Assembly (NCBI GenBank): GCA_038061545.1
Contig: JBBTZE010000087.1
Span: forward strand, 1-31,701
Source: Patescibacteria group bacterium
Lineage (GTDB): Bacteria; Patescibacteriota; Microgenomatia; UBA8517
DNA: 31,701 nucleotides
Direction of reading: 5' to 3'
Shown one piece after another: positions 16,425 through 23,538 of the stretch. The notes beneath the pieces are model-generated. The model searched no databases and was not told the origin of the DNA. It was given only the letters and a program-made list of their open reading frames with translations. Position numbers and translations under genes: made by a program. Each line of letters begins with the position of its first letter. The first letter of the stretch is position 1.

Positions 16425-18593
16425 ATGGCAGAAGTAGCAAAGAAAAAAGCAAGTATAGTTGTAACGGCAACAAAGGACCGTAATGTTTCCTATGAAAAGA
16501 TCCGTAATATCGGCATTATTGCCCATATTGATGCCGGTAAAACCACAACCACAGAAAGACTTCTTTTTGAGACGGGCCGAACGTATAAGTTAGGATCCGT
16601 CGATGAAGGAACAACCGTTACCGACTGGATGGCCCAAGAAAGAGAACGTGGAATTACAATCGTTTCTGCTGCAATCACCGCTTTTTGGGACTTAAAAAAG
16701 GCCACTTCGGTCGAAGCCGGTCACTACAGAATTAATTTGATTGACACCCCCGGCCACATTGATTTTACAGCAGAAGTTGAACGATCACTCCGCGTTTTAG
16801 ATGGTGCCGTAATGGTTTTTGACGGCAGAACGGGTGTTGAATCCCAATCAGAAACCGTGTGGAGACAGGCAGACAAATATAATGTTCCAAGAATTTGTGT
16901 TCTTAACAAATTGAACCTAATTGGAGCCGATTTTGAGGGTTCATTGGTTTCTATCAAAGACAGGCTTGGTGCCAATGCAGTGCCTGTAATTTACCCAATT
17001 GGCCAGGAGCATGAACACCGTGGAGTAATTGATTTGATAACAATGAAGGCACTTACCTATAAAGATGTTGCCGATGCCGGTTTAACCGAAGGGGAAATCC
17101 CATCAGATCTTCTGGAAGTCGCCAAAAAATACAGAACCGATCTTTTGGAGCGTGCATGTGAGTTTGATGATGAGGCACTGGCCAAGTTTTTGGAAGGCCA
17201 AGAGATTGATGAAGTTACACTTAAAAAAGCAATCAGAAAAGGTGTAATTTCCGGTAAACTTTTCCCAATTTTTGGCGGAGATAATAGAACCGCAGAAGCT
17301 CAGCTTCTTTTGAACGGCGTTGTTGAATATTTGCCTTCCCCAAATGATTTGCCGCCAGTCGAAGGAATTGATCAAAAAACTGGAGAAAAAACTACCCGTG
17401 AGCGCAAAAACGAGGCTCCTTTTTCAGGTTTGGCATTTAAAATCATGACCGATCCGCACGTAGGACGCTTGGTTTATGTCCGTGTTTATTCGGGAAAACT
17501 TTCGGCAGGACAGCAGGTTTATAACTCCACCAAGCAAAAATACGAAAGAATTGGAAAGCTTATTCTTCTTCACGCGGATCAACGTGAGCTTATCGAAGAA
17601 GCCTATGCAGGAGAAATTGTGGCTGTGGTAGGAATTAAAGACACTTCAACCGGGGACACCTTGTGTGATCCTGATCACCAACTTAACCTGGAATCAATCA
17701 GCTTCCCGGAACCTGTTATTTCACTGGCCATTGAACCTGCAACCAAGAGCGACCAGGAGAAAATGGGACTGGCACTTGGCAAGCTTTCCGATGAGGATCC
17801 AACCTTCAGAATTAAGAGTAACCCGGAAACCGGCCAAACCATTATTAGTGGTATGGGGGAACTGCAACTTGAAGTGCTCGTAGACCGCATGAAACGTGAA
17901 TTTGGGGTCGTTGCCACAACCGGAGCACCACAAGTAGCCTACAAAGAAACTATCAAGAAAGAGGGCGTTGGTGAAGGTAAATACATCAGGCAAACCGGAG
18001 GTCGTGGTCAGTACGGACATTGTTTACTTAGGATCGAGCCAATGGGCAGGGGTGAGGGATTTGAATTTAAAAGCGAAATCAAGGGCGGTGCCATTCCACA
18101 GGAATACATTAACCCAATCGAAAAAGGTGTCAAAGAAAAAATGGAGAATGGAATTTTGGCAGGGTTTCCTATCGTTGACATGAAGGTCGCGGTTTACGAT
18201 GGAAGCTATCACGACGTCGATTCTTCAGAAATTGCGTTTAAGATCGCAGGAAGCATGGCCTTGACCGACGCTTTTGGAAAGTCCAGCCCGATTCTTCTTG
18301 AGCCTATCATGAAAGTTGAAGTTTCAACTCCCGACGAATTTATGGGAGACGTGATTGGGGACTTGTCCAGTAAACGCGCCCAAATTTCCGGAAGTGAGAA
18401 GAAGGGAACAATGACAATTATTAATGCTACAACCCCACTTGCTGAGCTTTCAGGATATGCAACCAAATTGAGATCTCTTACTCAAGGGCGTGCATCATAT
18501 TACATGGAGCCATCCCACTACGAAGAAGTTCCAAACAACATTACTCAGGCAATTATTGCCAAAGCAGGCAAGATTGAAATGCCTCGCGGCTAA
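16425..18593 (+). CDS. fusA: Elongation factor G
   Basis: AHIDAGKTT, ERGITI, DTPGHIDF, YHDVDSSE. ATG at 16425 preferred over the GTG inside the repeat. Confidence 0.98.
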   Translation: MAEVAKKKASIVVTATKDRNVSYEKIRNIGIIAHIDAGKTTTTERLLFETGRTYKLGSVDEGTTVTDWMAQERERGITIVSAAITAFWDLKKATSVEAGHYRINLIDTPGHIDFTAEVERSLRVLDGAVMVFDGRTGVESQSETVWRQADKYNVPRICVLNKLNLIGADFEGSLVSIKDRLGANAVPVIYPIGQEHEHRGVIDLITMKALTYKDVADAGLTEGEIPSDLLEVAKKYRTDLLERACEFDDEALAKFLEGQEIDEVTLKKAIRKGVISGKLFPIFGGDNRTAEAQLLLNGVVEYLPSPNDLPPVEGIDQKTGEKTTRERKNEAPFSGLAFKIMTDPHVGRLVYVRVYSGKLSAGQQVYNSTKQKYERIGKLILLHADQRELIEEAYAGEIVAVVGIKDTSTGDTLCDPDHQLNLESISFPEPVISLAIEPATKSDQEKMGLALGKLSDEDPTFRIKSNPETGQTIISGMGELQLEVLVDRMKREFGVVATTGAPQVAYKETIKKEGVGEGKYIRQTGGRGQYGHCLLRIEPMGRGEGFEFKSEIKGGAIPQEYINPIEKGVKEKMENGILAGFPIVDMKVAVYDGSYHDVDSSEIAFKIAGSMALTDAFGKSSPILLEPIMKVEVSTPDEFMGDVIGDLSSKRAQISGSEKKGTMTIINATTPLAELSGYATKLRSLTQGRASYYMEPSHYEEVPNNITQAIIAKAGKIEMPRG

Positions 18594-18599
18594 ACTCCT

Positions 18600-18836
18600 C
18601 TAATTTTCTCTAAATTCCTGTAAATCAGTATATTTGCTGTTTTTGAAGCTGAATTTAAATTTTTTAGTATCTTCCTTAATCCACATTTTTTCTCTCTTTG
18701 TTTTATAGTCTTTTTCATCCACAAAACAATGAGCGTAGATTTCGTTTTTACCACGCTTTTCTTCAAAATAAACTTCGGCCAGTTTTCCGTTTACTTTCCC
18801 AAAACACCACATAGCTGATTTTATCAGATGGGGCAT
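18600..18836 (-). CDS. Small hypothetical protein
   Basis: 78-aa ORF with protein-like composition (WCFGKVNGKLAEVYF...HCFV), convergent with fusA. Confidence 0.65.
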   Translation of the reverse strand: MPHLIKSAMWCFGKVNGKLAEVYFEEKRGKNEIYAHCFVDEKDYKTKREKMWIKEDTKKFKFSFKNSKYTDLQEFREN

Positions 18837-18857
18837 TATCAAGCCAAATATTCAATA

Positions 18858-18886
18858 TTGACACTCCATCTCAAAACAAGTATTTT
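18858..18886 (+). promoter_or_regulatory. Sigma70 promoter, leaderless geometry
   Basis: TTGACA, 17 bp, TATTTT, 6 nt, ATG (18893). Confidence 0.65.
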
Positions 18887-18892
18887 GGCGTA

Positions 18893-19108
18893 ATGGCAGA
18901 TTTAGATTTATCAAATATTACATTCCAAGAACTTAACGAATTATTAGAAAACGGCACCATTACTATGGTACGAGAGGTAGGAACCTCATGGTCTTTGAAG
19001 GCGGGTGAAAAAACAGTAGGCATGGTTAATGCTGATACACTGTTAGGCGAGGCGGTAGTTTCTGTCGGCGGGAGGGAATTGGGTAGATTTGATCCAAATG
19101 AGCGATGA
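18893..19108 (+). CDS. Small hypothetical protein
   Basis: 71-aa ORF with own promoter. No recognised family. Confidence 0.6.
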   Translation: MADLDLSNITFQELNELLENGTITMVREVGTSWSLKAGEKTVGMVNADTLLGEAVVSVGGRELGRFDPNER

Positions 19109-19119
19109 TTGGTATTGTC

Positions 19120-19150
19120 CCCACTTCGCCCAAGGCTTCGCGGGGCAGGC
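19120..19150 (+). repeat. REP-like hairpin family B unit (intergenic)
   Basis: CCCACTTCGCCCAAGGCTTCGCGGGGCAGGC shares the CGCC-(C)AAGGCT core and GGCA(A/G)G tail with the unit at 22508-22537. Confidence 0.55.
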
Positions 19151-19165
19151 ACTCCTTAGTGACTA

Positions 19166-19195
19166 TTGACATAGTCAATTAGCCTCGAATATAAT
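19166..19195 (+). promoter_or_regulatory. Sigma70 promoter of tuf-rpsJ
   Basis: TTGACA, 18 bp, TATAAT. The -35 is overlapped by the palindrome TTGAC-ATA-GTCAA. Confidence 0.8.
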
Positions 19196-19294
19196 ACACT
19201 TACTTGGGGCAGATGGTGCCTCTTGTTTTTTGAGAGTCGAGTTTGTATAATTGCCTCTCTAGTATCTAATATCTGGTCACTAATATCTAATAAT

Positions 19295-20491
19295 ATGGCA
19301 GACGCAAAACAAAAATTTGATAGAACAAAGCCACACGTAAACATTGGTACTATTGGTCACGTTGACCATGGTAAGACCACTTTGACTGCTGCAATTTCTA
19401 CAGTTTTGTCCAAACAACCGGGAAACACCTCAAAAGCTTACAAATTTGACGAGATCGATAATGCTCCTGAGGAAAAAGAAAGAGGAGTTACAATCAACAT
19501 CTCCCACATTGAGTACGAAACCGCAAAAAGACATTATGCCCATATTGACGCCCCGGGGCACGCCGACTACATCAAAAACATGATTACAGGTGCTGCACAA
19601 ATGGACGGTGCAATTCTTGTCATCTCGGCAGCTGATGGGCCCATGCCACAAACCCGTGAGCACGTTATTTTGGCCAGACAGGTCAATGTTCCTTCCATTA
19701 TCGTTTTCCTCAATAAATGCGACACAGTTGATGACCCGGAAATCATTGATTTGGTTGAGGCAGATGTCAGAGAACTCCTTAAGAAATACCAATATCCGGG
19801 AGATGAAGTTCCTGTTATCAGAGGCAGTGCTCTTAAGGCTATGGAAGGCGATGCTGATGCAGAAAAGAAAATCATGGAACTTATGGATGCGGTTGATACA
19901 TACATTCCAACCCCAGTCAGAGACACAGAAAAGCCGTTCCTTATGCCAGTTGAAGATGTATTTACAATCTCCGGACGCGGAACAGTTGTTACAGGTAGGG
20001 TTGAGCGCGGAATAGTTAAGCTTAATGAGGAGCTTGAGATAATTGGACTTAAGGATACTCAAAAAACAGTCGTAACCGGCCTTGAAATGTTCAGAAAGCT
20101 TCTTGATGATGCTCAAGCCGGAGACAATGTTGGAGTACTTATCAGAGGAATTGAGAAAAACCAAGTTGAGCGCGGACAAGTTCTTGCAAAAATAGGAACA
20201 GTCAAAGCTCACACAGAATTTGACGCGGAAGTCTATATTCTTAGCAAAGAAGAGGGTGGGCGTCATACTCCATTCTTCACAGGTTATAAGCCTCAGTTCT
20301 ACATTAGAACTGCAGACGTAACAGGAGAAGCAACTCTTCCTGAGGGAATCGAAATGGTTATGCCTGGGGACAATGCCAAGATGAAAGTTAAGCTTATTGC
20401 CCCGGTGGCCTTGGAAGAAGGACTTAGATTTGCAATCAGAGAAGGCGGGCACACAGTTGGAGCAGGCGTCATTACTAAAGTAACAGCATAA
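19295..20491 (+). CDS. tuf: Elongation factor Tu
   Basis: [27 protein letters not shown]. Start set to ATG at 19295. Confidence 0.99.
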   Translation: MADAKQKFDRTKPHVNIGTIGHVDHGKTTLTAAISTVLSKQPGNTSKAYKFDEIDNAPEEKERGVTINISHIEYETAKRHYAHIDAPGHADYIKNMITGAAQMDGAILVISAADGPMPQTREHVILARQVNVPSIIVFLNKCDTVDDPEIIDLVEADVRELLKKYQYPGDEVPVIRGSALKAMEGDADAEKKIMELMDAVDTYIPTPVRDTEKPFLMPVEDVFTISGRGTVVTGRVERGIVKLNEELEIIGLKDTQKTVVTGLEMFRKLLDDAQAGDNVGVLIRGIEKNQVERGQVLAKIGTVKAHTEFDAEVYILSKEEGGRHTPFFTGYKPQFYIRTADVTGEATLPEGIEMVMPGDNAKMKVKLIAPVALEEGLRFAIREGGHTVGAGVITKVTA

Positions 20492-20509
20492 TAGGAAAGC
20501 ACATTAAAG

Positions 20510-20818
20510 ATGGCTACAGGAAGACTTAGAGTCAAACTCAAAAGCTACGATCACCGTGTGATCGATGAAGCGGCAGCGAAGATAGTCGATACTGCTTTGG
20601 CTTCCGGTGCAAAAATTATTGGTCCGATTCCTCTCCCCACAAAAAGAACCCTAATGGCAGTCAAAGAAGGTCCTTTTGTAGACAAAGACGCCCAGGAGCA
20701 TTTTGAAATTCTGGTTCATAAACGCCTAATCGATATCATCGACCCCTCCCCCCGCACAGTCGATTCCCTTGGGAATCTAGACCTTCCTGCAGGCGTGTCA
20801 ATCGAAATAAAAATGTAA
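20510..20818 (+). CDS. rpsJ: 30S ribosomal protein S10
   Basis: LRVKLKSYDHR, GPIPLPT, HKRLIDI, LPAGVSIEIKM. Confidence 0.98.
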   Translation: MATGRLRVKLKSYDHRVIDEAAAKIVDTALASGAKIIGPIPLPTKRTLMAVKEGPFVDKDAQEHFEILVHKRLIDIIDPSPRTVDSLGNLDLPAGVSIEIKM

Positions 20819-20947
20819 CGCAAGTTACATTTACTTCTACGCCGAGTGCCCCGTCAAAATCGCTCTTTGAGCCGTGAACGAATAGTTCCCAAAAGGTGAA
20901 AGGTAAGATTGACTGGGGCTGGAGTCAGTATTGAGATTAAGATGTAA
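20789..20947 (+). mobile_element. Putative 129-bp insertion or scar in the rpsJ 3' end with a synonymously recoded duplicate tail
   Basis: 20789-20818 and 20918-20947 both encode AGVSIEIKM-stop in the same frame, at 20/30 nt identity. The spacer is structured. Confidence 0.6.
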
Positions 20948-21067
20948 TTATCCTATAACTCTTGACTTCTTCTTCTTCTTCTTCTGTTAGGATTCCCCCA
21001 GCTTGCACATTTTGGCTTAAAAAGACAAATTTTTCTATTCTAACGATGATGATGAAGAGGAGATAAA

Positions 21068-21406
21068 ATGAACCGTTTAATTCGTGTTGAAAGCCATCCG
21101 AACAGCCGTGTTCGTGATTTTCATATCAACCGCGTGGTTTCTCAGTCAGTAATTGAACATTTCATGCGCCCTTTGCGGGATAGCTCAGAGAGCTATCTTA
21201 CAAAAGTTGGTGATCCAGGCGCAGAAGTTGTCCGTTCACTTATGCGTCTTCCGGGCGTCACTGAGATTTTCATCAAACCCTATGAGATAGGTGTTCATAT
21301 CTCTGAGGTTCATGACTGGGATTCTCTGGAGCCGAGCGTACTTCGGGTACTTTGCACCAAAGTGTTCGGCACAGATCCCGACGACGTTCAGATCGAACAC
21401 AAGTAA
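21068..21406 (+). CDS. Stand-alone NifU/Nfu N-terminal-like domain protein
   Basis: ESHPN...LMRLPGVTEIFIKPYEIGV...DWDSLEPSV resembles the Nfu_N pattern. GAGGAG RBS upstream. Confidence 0.65.
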   Translation: MNRLIRVESHPNSRVRDFHINRVVSQSVIEHFMRPLRDSSESYLTKVGDPGAEVVRSLMRLPGVTEIFIKPYEIGVHISEVHDWDSLEPSVLRVLCTKVFGTDPDDVQIEHK

Positions 21407-21427
21407 AGAGCCTTTGCCAAAATGCGC

Positions 21428-21490
21428 AAGACTGGCCTAGCGCTAATGATAATAGAGGATTTCCTCTTTTTGAAATTAGTGCTAGGTCTT
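21428..21490 (+). terminator. Long hairpin after the Nfu_N-like gene
   Basis: CCTAGCGCTAAT pairs with ATTAGTGCTAGG around an inner AGAGG/CCTCT stem. T-rich tail. Confidence 0.5.
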
Positions 21491-21509
21491 TCTTGTTTTA
21501 TGAGGCTGA

Positions 21510-21538
21510 TTGACCTTGTTGCAATATTAAGATATAAT
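21510..21538 (+). promoter_or_regulatory. Sigma70 promoter of the rplC operon
   Basis: TTGACC, 17 bp, TATAAT. Confidence 0.85.
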
Positions 21539-21544
21539 GCGTCT

Positions 21545-21681
21545 ATGACATCCAATGTGGATGGCTGTCAGCGCGTAAGCGCTGTCATAACAAGAAGTGG
21601 ATAGACTAAAAACAACTACCACAATTAGTAGTCTTTGAAGGAATCTTCTTTTTGAAGCGCCTTTCAGAGGCGCTTTTTTTT
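21545..21681 (+). promoter_or_regulatory. Structured rplC leader ending in an intrinsic terminator (attenuator candidate)
   Basis: Stems CATCCA/TGGATG, CAGCGC-GTAA-GCGCTG, GACTA/TAGTC, then AAGCGCCT-TTCAG-AGGCGCTT plus a T run before rplC. Confidence 0.65.
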
Positions 21682-21688
21682 GTTTAAT

Positions 21689-21720
21689 GTCCCTCGACTC
21701 TTTTGAGATCGTTCGGGATC
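21689..21720 (+). repeat. Degenerate family A-like hairpin
   Basis: GTCCCTCGACTCTTTTGAGATCGTTCGGGATC; TCGAC core with a TCCC/GGGA closing stem. Confidence 0.4.
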
Positions 21721-21730
21721 CAGAACAAAT

Positions 21731-22573
21731 ATGAATTTAAATACAATACTCGGTTCAAAAAGTGGCATCAGCCAGACCTTCGTCAATGGTTTACGGATTC
21801 CGTCCACCAAAGTTGTGGCTGGTCCATGCGTGGTCACAGGAATTAAAAGTATGGATAAGGACGGTTACTGGGCAATTCAGTTAGGTTTCGGGAGTAGAAC
21901 TTCAAAAAATATTTCAAGAGCTGTAAAAGGTCATTTAAAACACTTTCTGGCAAAGCCAGATCCTGCTCTGTCTGGCACAGCCAGACCTAGCTCTGCAAGG
22001 CAGGACAAAAGCACTCAGCTTCAAAATTACCCCAAGCATATACGCGAAATTAGAGTCGATTCTGCGCCAGAGTTCAAAGTCGGAGACGTAATTACACTCT
22101 CCGATATTTTTTCTGTTGGAGATCTTATTTCAGTAACTGGGATCAGTAAAGGAAAAGGCCATGCCGGAGTTGTTAAAAGACATCACTTTAGGGGGGGACC
22201 AAAGACTCACGGACAATCAGATCGCCACAGAGCTCCAGGATCAATCGGACAAACAACAACTCCGGGACGCGTTTACAAAGGGAAAAGGATGGCAGGAAGA
22301 ATGGGTGGGGAAACCGTGACAATCAAAAATGTCCATGTAATTGGAATCGATAAAGAAAAAAACGAAATGTTAATTTCTTCACCAATTCCGGGAGCCCCAA
22401 ACGCAATTTTGACAATAATTAAGCTTGCCGCAGGGTCTTTGGCCGACCTTGAACACGAAGTTGAGGCAGTAGTAATTGAAGAGGCACCGGCAGAACCAGC
22501 CTCCGCTCCAGCCGACGCCAAGGCTATGGCTGGCAAGGAAGCTACGGCGAACCAAGGGGAAGTTAAAGAATAA
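21731..22573 (+). CDS. rplC: 50S ribosomal protein L3 with two hairpin-derived insertions
   Basis: GYWAIQLGFG, SKGKGHAGVVKRH, THGQSDRHRAPGSIG, KRMAGRMG. Confidence 0.97.
   Translation: MNLNTILGSKSGISQTFVNGLRIPSTKVVAGPCVVTGIKSMDKDGYWAIQLGFGSRTSKNISRAVKGHLKHFLAKPDPALSGTARPSSARQDKSTQLQNYPKHIREIRVDSAPEFKVGDVITLSDIFSVGDLISVTGISKGKGHAGVVKRHHFRGGPKTHGQSDRHRAPGSIGQTTTPGRVYKGKRMAGRMGGETVTIKNVHVIGIDKEKNEMLISSPIPGAPNAILTIIKLAAGSLADLEHEVEAVVIEEAPAEPASAPADAKAMAGKEATANQGEVKE
21955..22005 (+). repeat. In-frame tandem/hairpin insertion in rplC
   Basis: Two 25-bp units (17/25 identical) containing the hairpin GTCTGGC-ACA-GCCAGAC. Confidence 0.55.
22497..22556 (+). repeat. Nested family B hairpins in the rplC 3' extension
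   Basis: Outer GCCTCCGCT...GAAGCTACGGCG interrupted by the 30-bp inner CCAGCCGACGCCAAGGCTATGGCTGGCAAG. Confidence 0.65.
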
Positions 22574-22575
22574 TC

Positions 22576-23184
22576 ATGACAAAAATAAATACATACAGCT
22601 TAAAAGGAACAAAAACAGAGGACACAAACCTTCCAAAGGAATTATCCCAAAAAGTTAAGCTTGGCGTTCTGGCACAAGCTATCCATATTTATGAAGCCAG
22701 AAGCCACATCGGATTTTCCAAAGTTAAAACCAGAGCAGAGGTCAATAGAACCACCAAAAAAGTTTATAAACAAAAAGGAACCGGTGGCGCCAGACACGGA
22801 AGCAGGCGCGCTCCAATCTACGTTGGTGGAGGAGTTGCCCACGGACCAAAGATAGAAAAAAGAGCAGTCGGAATTACCAAGGCTTTTAGGGCCTTGACCA
22901 AAAATATGGCAATTTCCCAAAAAGTGGGAAGAGGTGAAGTTGTAGCCGTATCTGGGGTCGCAAAAGCTGCAAAAACAAAAGATTTTGGGCAACTTTTAAA
23001 AGTTTTTGCCAAGGAATTTCCAAAGGCCAAAAAGTTTTCCTTTGCATTTGCAAAAGAAAATGCAGATATTAGAAAAGTCGTCTCAAACATTAAAAATGTC
23101 GGAGTTCACCAATTTTCAGACATAAACGTTTTGGATATTTATAGAGGCGGAGTTTTGGTTTTGGACAAGGACATATTCTTATGA
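22576..23184 (+). CDS. rplD: 50S ribosomal protein L4
   Basis: KTRAEV, KQKGTGGARHGSRRAPIYVGGG. Confidence 0.96.
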   Translation: MTKINTYSLKGTKTEDTNLPKELSQKVKLGVLAQAIHIYEARSHIGFSKVKTRAEVNRTTKKVYKQKGTGGARHGSRRAPIYVGGGVAHGPKIEKRAVGITKAFRALTKNMAISQKVGRGEVVAVSGVAKAAKTKDFGQLLKVFAKEFPKAKKFSFAFAKENADIRKVVSNIKNVGVHQFSDINVLDIYRGGVLVLDKDIFL

Positions 23185-23465
23185 AATTAATTCCAATTTA
23201 CACAGAAAAAAGCACAATCTTAGCAAAGCAGGGAAAATACACTTTCTCGGTGGATTTGACTGCAGGGAAAATTGCCATCAAAAAGGCAGTTTTGGATGTT
23301 TTTGGGGTACACGCAGTCGATGTTCGCACAATAAGGACTTATGTCGAGCACAAAAGAAACGCCAGAGGCACAAAAATGAAAGTAAGAGCTGTCAAAAAGG
23401 CAATTATTACAATAAAAGAAGGCGAGAAGATGGATTTATTTGAAGAAAGGAAGAAGTCCCGGTGA
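23181..23465 (+). CDS. rplW: 50S ribosomal protein L23
   Basis: PIYTEKS, KYTFSV, KKAIITIKEG, and operon position. Confidence 0.94.
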   Translation: MKLIPIYTEKSTILAKQGKYTFSVDLTAGKIAIKKAVLDVFGVHAVDVRTIRTYVEHKRNARGTKMKVRAVKKAIITIKEGEKMDLFEERKKSR

Positions 23466-23528
23466 GATAGCATCAGATGCATCTCACGGGATCCCGTTAG
23501 ATGCTCTGAAAGAGCTATCTAACTGGGA
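23456..23528. repeat. 73-bp double-hairpin element, copy 1
   Basis: 70/73 identical to 26573-26645. Supplies the rplW stop codon. Confidence 0.9.
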
Positions 23529-23538
23529 AAAAAATAAT

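Noticed and set aside
19430-20452. 340-aa antisense ORF over tuf
   Set aside because: Shadow frame of a highly biased conserved gene, with no protein-like features.
20789-20917. Canonical group I or II intron, tRNA or hammerhead interpretation of the rpsJ insert
   Set aside because: 129 nt is too short for a group I core, and no P7, domain V, T-loop or CUGAUGA motif was found. Kept only as an unclassified element.
20789-20947. DGR template/variable repeat pair
   Set aside because: Differences are not restricted to adenines and no reverse transcriptase is present.
21422-21604. 60-aa ORF in the track
   Set aside because: Runs through a terminator hairpin and a consensus promoter; only the last 19 codons are retained as a possible uORF.
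23495-23524. GTTAGAT and ATCTAAC integron attC-like boxes in the 73-bp element; also ATCTAAC at about 15370
   Set aside because: Order is reversed relative to attC (RYYYAAC must come first), no matching L boxes, and no integrase in the window.
23440-23538. N-terminal extension of L2 in the ORF track
   Set aside because: It is the translated 73-bp repeat; ATG 23539 gives a normal start.
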